DNA of 9,761 nt from a virus (taxonomy: Duplodnaviria; Heunggongvirae; Uroviricota; Caudoviricetes): positions 1 through 9,761 of the IMG/VR virus record IMGVR_UViG_2698536369_000012; one strand, written 5' to 3'. Position 1 is the stretch's first letter. The number at the start of each line of letters is the position of its first letter. The notes below the pieces were generated by a model. That model ran no database searches. It was not told the origin of the DNA and worked only from the letters and a program-made list of their open reading frames with translations. The position numbers and the translations under genes are program-made. Below, one piece after another: positions 6,985-9,761 of the stretch.

Positions 6985-7280
6985 TTTTTGCCCCTGAATG
7001 CGTTAATCATGCTTTTCATTTTCTGGATGTTTCCCCGCGCTTTTTCCCTGCTGGTGGGCTTACTGCGGGGTGCGGCATATACCAGGGAAAAATCACGCCG
7101 GAACTGATAAACAGGCATCACGCAGTCATAGCTATACCCCTCACGGCGGTAAGTGATGCGCCGTTCTGCCACGCCTTTAATCTTTACCGTGCCGCCGTAT
7201 TTATCGCGGTAAATATCGCCGTTCATAAATTCAGGCCGAGCGGGGCCGCTGGCAATAAAGCCAGAATTTTTCATTTCCAT
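6981..7280 (-). CDS. Hypothetical basic protein (99 aa), translationally coupled to the primase-helicase
   Basis: ORF track; GAGGAA RBS; 4-nt stop/start overlap with the primase gene. Function not recognised. Confidence 0.55.
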   Translation of the reverse strand: MEMKNSGFIASGPARPEFMNGDIYRDKYGGTVKIKGVAERRITYRREGYSYDCVMPVYQFRRDFSLVYAAPRSKPTSREKARGNIQKMKSMINAFRGKK

Positions 7281-7297
7281 ATTATTTATTCCTCGAC

Positions 7298-7519
7298 TTA
7301 ACTCGACTTATTTGATAGCAGGGCACTATTTATTGCGTCATTGAGTTTTTCTGCTGATTCATCAATAAGTGACAACAGGCCATAAGCAATATTTGCATCT
7401 TCATTGTCATTTATGCAATCAAGCCACATATTTAATATTGCTTTTGCTGAATTATTTAAAGTTAATGAACTTTCTGTACATGCTAACAATTTAAAAAAGA
7501 CTTGCCGTTCTGTATTCAT
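7298..7519 (-). CDS. Hypothetical small protein (73 aa), AT-rich
   Basis: ORF track; GGGGGA RBS 4 nt upstream; start is directly adjacent to the upstream gene's stop. Confidence 0.5.
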   Translation of the reverse strand: MNTERQVFFKLLACTESSLTLNNSAKAILNMWLDCINDNEDANIAYGLLSLIDESAEKLNDAINSALLSNKSS

Positions 7520-7711
7520 TTAATCCCCCAGCAGCTTACTTTCTTCCTCAATCAAAAAACTAGCGACACTTCCCGAAAGACGCGCCAGTAGGCTCGCCAG
7601 TGCGGATATATCAGCATCTGTAATTTTGTTCGGGTATACCTCAAGAAGGCGGCAAATAATTTCTGTCTGGTGCGCACGTTCAGCGGCTTCGTGTAATGTA
7701 ATTTCCTGCAT
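7520..7711 (-). CDS. Hypothetical small protein (63 aa)
   Basis: ORF track; AGAGGTG RBS; its start overlaps the upstream gene's stop by 1 nt (TAATG). Confidence 0.5.
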   Translation of the reverse strand: MQEITLHEAAERAHQTEIICRLLEVYPNKITDADISALASLLARLSGSVASFLIEEESKLLGD

Positions 7712-7896
7712 TAATGCACCTCTTTTAATTCATACACTGCTGAAATAATGACTTGTGATAAGCCATATTCTGATGATTCGCTTCTCACCGCAGCAATAGC
7801 CGTCTGAACATTAACAGCCTTCACATTCTGAGCGATACCAATTGTGTGGCCTAGTGGGTTAACAGCTCGGGCAAATACACGGAAGGTTTTAAGCAT
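7711..7896 (-). CDS. Hypothetical small protein (61 aa), first gene of the minus-strand operon
   Basis: ORF track; GGGAG RBS 5-6 nt upstream of the ATG at 7894-7896. Confidence 0.5.
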   Translation of the reverse strand: MLKTFRVFARAVNPLGHTIGIAQNVKAVNVQTAIAAVRSESSEYGLSQVIISAVYELKEVH

Positions 7897-8177
7897 GACT
7901 CACTCCCTGGCGGATTTTTGCAGCGAATACAGCAACACAACCGGACGGGCAACGGCTACGCGCTTCGCGTTCCGTCCAGGCGGTTACGTGGATGATTTGA
8001 GATTCTCCGGCACTCAGTGCCAGAAAACGCCACACAAAGGCCGTTTGTGTGTGTACAAGGTGTGGTATATGATTTACAGCAACCATAACGGCTCCTAGTT
8101 TACGTTGTTGGTTAGACGCCCCGTATGTGTTCCCAGCACTGCGGGGCGTTGCTCTTTGTATTTCAACAATCCTTTCG

Positions 8178-8255
8178 GTGTGTTTCATGTTATGAGCGCA
8201 TGAAACACACGTCAAGGCTTTTTGTATTTCTTTTTTTGTGTATACTGAAACACAC
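8178..8255. promoter_or_regulatory. Operator-like site set in the divergent intergenic region: perfect 12-bp inverted repeat plus a third half-site overlapping an extended -10 element
   Basis: gtgtgtttcatg (8178-8189), 9-bp spacer, catgaaacacac (8199-8210); a third gaaacacac copy at 8247-8255. TGTG-TATACT (8237-8246) looks like an extended -10 for the 8277 gene. Confidence 0.5.
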
Positions 8256-8276
8256 CGATGATTAGGAGTTTCAGAA

Positions 8277-8582
8277 ATGGCAACGGCTAACAAAAACGCA
8301 AAATCACAACTGACAACTGTCAGAGTCCCACTAGATGTTATGCAAGGGATGGAATCCGTTAAGCTGGACGGTGAAAGCAATGCCGGATTTATCGTAACCG
8401 CCATGCGCGGAGAAATAGCCCGCCGCCAAGCAGAAGGCAGCGGAGAAAATCCCCTTGTGTCGTCACTGGATGCCCTGGCTAAGGTCGAACAAATCGGCAT
8501 CAAAGCAGCCGAGGAGATCGGGCAACTCGTCACCGTCGCGCGTGAAGAACTCCAGCGACGCAAGGTCAAAGAGCATGAATAG
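8277..8582 (+). CDS. Hypothetical protein (101 aa), possibly a small DNA-binding regulator
   Basis: ORF track; AGGAG RBS 8 nt upstream; sits next to the operator-like repeats. N-terminal LTTVRVPLDVMQGM is reminiscent of a ribbon-helix-helix beta strand, but that is weak. Confidence 0.65.
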   Translation: MATANKNAKSQLTTVRVPLDVMQGMESVKLDGESNAGFIVTAMRGEIARRQAEGSGENPLVSSLDALAKVEQIGIKAAEEIGQLVTVAREELQRRKVKEHE

Positions 8583-8639
8583 CCAATATCAGCGCCATAG
8601 TTTGAGGAACGCAGGCGCATTGCTTTACAGGACAGCACC

Positions 8640-8819
8640 ATGAGCGACACAGAATCAACCAAAACACCATCACCAACTCGTAAGAGACGACGCAAAAATA
8701 TAGCGCATGAACATGAATCAGAAAGATTCGCACCTTGTTCGTTTGCTCTTGAGAAATTCCTTAAAGAGCACAGGAAAAAGCTCTCGTTGCAAACCTTGGA
8801 ACGAACCAAATCTGACTGA
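8640..8819 (+). CDS. Possible small basic protein (59 aa), not in the ORF track
   Basis: My own translation from ATG 8640 to TGA 8817-8819: MSDTESTKTPSPTRKRRRKNIAHEHESERFAPCSFALEKFLKEHRKKLSLQTLERTKSD. AGGA lies 7 nt upstream, and a terminator follows. Confidence 0.35.
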   Translation: MSDTESTKTPSPTRKRRRKNIAHEHESERFAPCSFALEKFLKEHRKKLSLQTLERTKSD

Positions 8820-8885
8820 TCACATTGCCCACCAGCCGCAAATGTGGCATTGTTGGTGATGCTTTTGTTTTCCCTTGTTCCCACT

Positions 8886-8916
8886 GGCGACCCTTTTGCG
8901 GTCGCCTTTGTTTTGT
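8886..8916 (+). terminator. Rho-independent terminator between convergent genes
   Basis: ggcgacc (8886-8892) / ggtcgcc (8900-8906), a perfect 7-bp stem with 7-nt loop, followed by tttgttttgt. Confidence 0.6.
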
Positions 8917-9494
8917 CACTGAATGCGGTTACCAAAGTAAAACTCAGGCTGATATTCACGTATCAGCGTTTTTTCTTCTTCCTCCAGCTCACGCTTTTTG
9001 CGCTTACATGCCTGTAGCTCCCTCCCCTTCTCGCTGGCACTTATTTGATATTGCTCTTTACGGCGGGAAAAATCCTGTAATGCACCCCACGGGATACCAT
9101 AAGTCCCCGTTTTTCTGATACCTGGTATCACATTTCTGAATACCCAGTTACTGAAACGATGAGCAAATGTGCCAGGCGTCGTTGCTTTGCGGCTGCGGGC
9201 TATTAGTTTGTAGAAACCTGACTCAGAGATAATTCTCATATTCTGATTTCCTCCTGGGGTGTAAGTTAAATTTACTCCCTTTTCATCATCATCAAGCATC
9301 TGCAACGCCGTACGCGAATTGGTTAGTTCCAGCGCAGCACAAACATCTTTTGCAACAAACCACGGATCGCCGTTCAGATACACCACACGAACGTTCACAC
9401 TATCAAAGCGCAGAACGACGAGATCACGAATATCGCAGAATTTTTTCACTGGACGAGCGTACCCCTTGCCCGTCACGGCAATATTTTTATTCAT
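8916..9494 (-). CDS. Bro-N domain protein (phage antirepressor-like), 192 aa
   Basis: N-terminal ~100 aa (RFDSVNVRVVYLNGDPWFVAKDVCAALELTNSRTALQMLDDDEKG ... ISESGFYKLIARSRKATTPGTFAHRFSNWV) fit the Bro-N / antirepressor N-terminal domain pattern. C-terminal region is charged and coiled-coil-like. Confidence 0.8.
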   Translation of the reverse strand: MNKNIAVTGKGYARPVKKFCDIRDLVVLRFDSVNVRVVYLNGDPWFVAKDVCAALELTNSRTALQMLDDDEKGVNLTYTPGGNQNMRIISESGFYKLIARSRKATTPGTFAHRFSNWVFRNVIPGIRKTGTYGIPWGALQDFSRRKEQYQISASEKGRELQACKRKKRELEEEEKTLIREYQPEFYFGNRIQ

Positions 9495-9513
9495 CGCGTT
9501 TTTACCTTATAGA

Positions 9514-9537
9514 CAAAAAACCCCTCGTGATGAGGGG
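9514..9537 (-). terminator. Rho-independent terminator on the minus strand, downstream of the IS-truncated gene
   Basis: cccctc (9521-9526) / gagggg (9532-9537) with 5-nt loop; on the minus strand it is followed by TTTTTTG (plus 9514-9520). Confidence 0.5.
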
Positions 9538-9543
9538 CATTAT

Positions 9544-9646
9544 TTACTGGTTATTGCTGTTTTGTTTTTCCAGGTTTCCATCCAGGATGCCACTCACCAC
9601 GGATCCATGCCTGAACCTCTGAAAGTCGATACCCTGCAGCACGTTC
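9544..9646 (-). pseudogene. 3' end of a minus-strand gene truncated by the IS insertion
   Basis: Minus-strand frame is open from the IS boundary down to TAA at 9544-9546: NVLQGIDFQRFRHGSVVSGILDGNLEKQNSNNQ. No start codon; the 5' part must lie beyond the IS. Confidence 0.4.
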
Positions 9647-9761
9647 TGAACCGCCCCGGGAATCCTGGAGACTAAACTCCCTGAGAAAGAGGTAAACAGA
9701 ATGACTAAAAATACTCGTTTTTCCCCCGAAGTCCGTCAGAGGGCGATTCGTATGGTTCTGG
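9647..9761 (+). mobile_element. Left end of an IS629-like IS3-family insertion sequence (partial, continues past the window)
   Basis: Terminal sequence TGAACCGCCCCGGGAATCCTGGAGACTAAACTCCCTGAGAAAGAGG matches the IS629/IS3411-type left inverted repeat as I recall it, followed by the orfA start. Confidence 0.8.
9701..9761 (+). CDS. IS3-family transposase OrfA, N-terminal 20 codons (partial)
   Basis: Translation MTKNTRFSPEVRQRAIRMVL matches the N-terminus of IS629-type OrfA; GAGG RBS upstream. Confidence 0.8.
   Translation, partial: MTKNTRFSPEVRQRAIRMVL

Noticed and set aside
5432-6997. Plus-strand ORFs 5432-5890, 6086-6403, 6736-6966 and 6806-6997, and the minus-strand ORF 6423-6605
   Set aside because: All lie inside the well-supported primase-helicase gene on the opposite strand or in an alternative frame; compositions are Ser/Ala/Cys-rich shadow frames.
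6951-7301. Plus-strand ORF 6951-7301 (116 aa)
   Set aside because: Antisense to the 99-aa gene that is translationally coupled to the primase-helicase; no RBS.
7844-8098. Plus-strand ORF 7844-8098 (84 aa)
   Set aside because: Starts inside the 61-aa minus-strand gene and runs through the palindromes of the regulatory region; no RBS. More likely non-coding control DNA.
8455-8643. Plus-strand ORF 8455-8643 (62 aa)
   Set aside because: Out-of-frame overlap with the 3' end of the 8277-8582 gene; Ser/Arg-rich. I prefer the separate 8640-8819 frame, which has an RBS.
7889-8959. 356-aa minus-strand ORF from the track
   Set aside because: It spans the intergenic regulatory region and runs antisense to the 8277-8582 and 8640-8819 genes. 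The translation is Ser/Cys/Arg-rich and low-complexity, with no RBS; it is a typical antisense shadow of the regulatory and coding DNA.
9319-9675. Plus-strand ORFs 9319-9675 and 9350-9622, and ORF 8825-9118
   Set aside because: Antisense to the Bro-N gene or running through the terminator hairpins; the Bro-N frame has clear domain-level similarity, these do not.

Overview
Mosaic mobile-element region, consistent with an E. coli-type accessory locus; all homology calls are from reading the translations and recalled protein families, no searches were run. Left to right: (i) a 3' fragment of a lambda-type major capsid gene E on the minus strand (1-134), broken by an in-frame stop; (ii) an AT-rich cargo block with a plus-strand gene for a Mrr-like PD-(D/E)xK nuclease-domain protein (318-1190) and a convergent decayed reading frame (1469-1954); (iii) a long minus-strand unit of tightly coupled genes: four small ORFs, a P4-alpha/D5-type SF3 primase-helicase (5233-6984), an octamer iteron array that looks like an origin (4991-5218), a small ORF, SSB (4240-4689), a full-length but divergent lambda-E-type capsid protein (2982-4022), a lambda-D-type decoration protein (2631-2972) and an AlpA/Xis-type HTH protein (2236-2619); (iv) a divergent regulatory region with operator-like inverted repeats (7897-8276), a plus-strand small gene pair, and a Bro-N antirepressor-like gene (8916-9494, minus); (v) the left end of an IS629-like IS3-family element (9647 onward) that truncates a minus-strand gene. 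The most notable feature is a satellite/P4-like replication module co-transcribed with its own lambda-type capsid and decoration genes, next to a fragment of a second, different lambda-type E gene. No integrase, terminase, portal, tRNA or CRISPR array is visible in the window.
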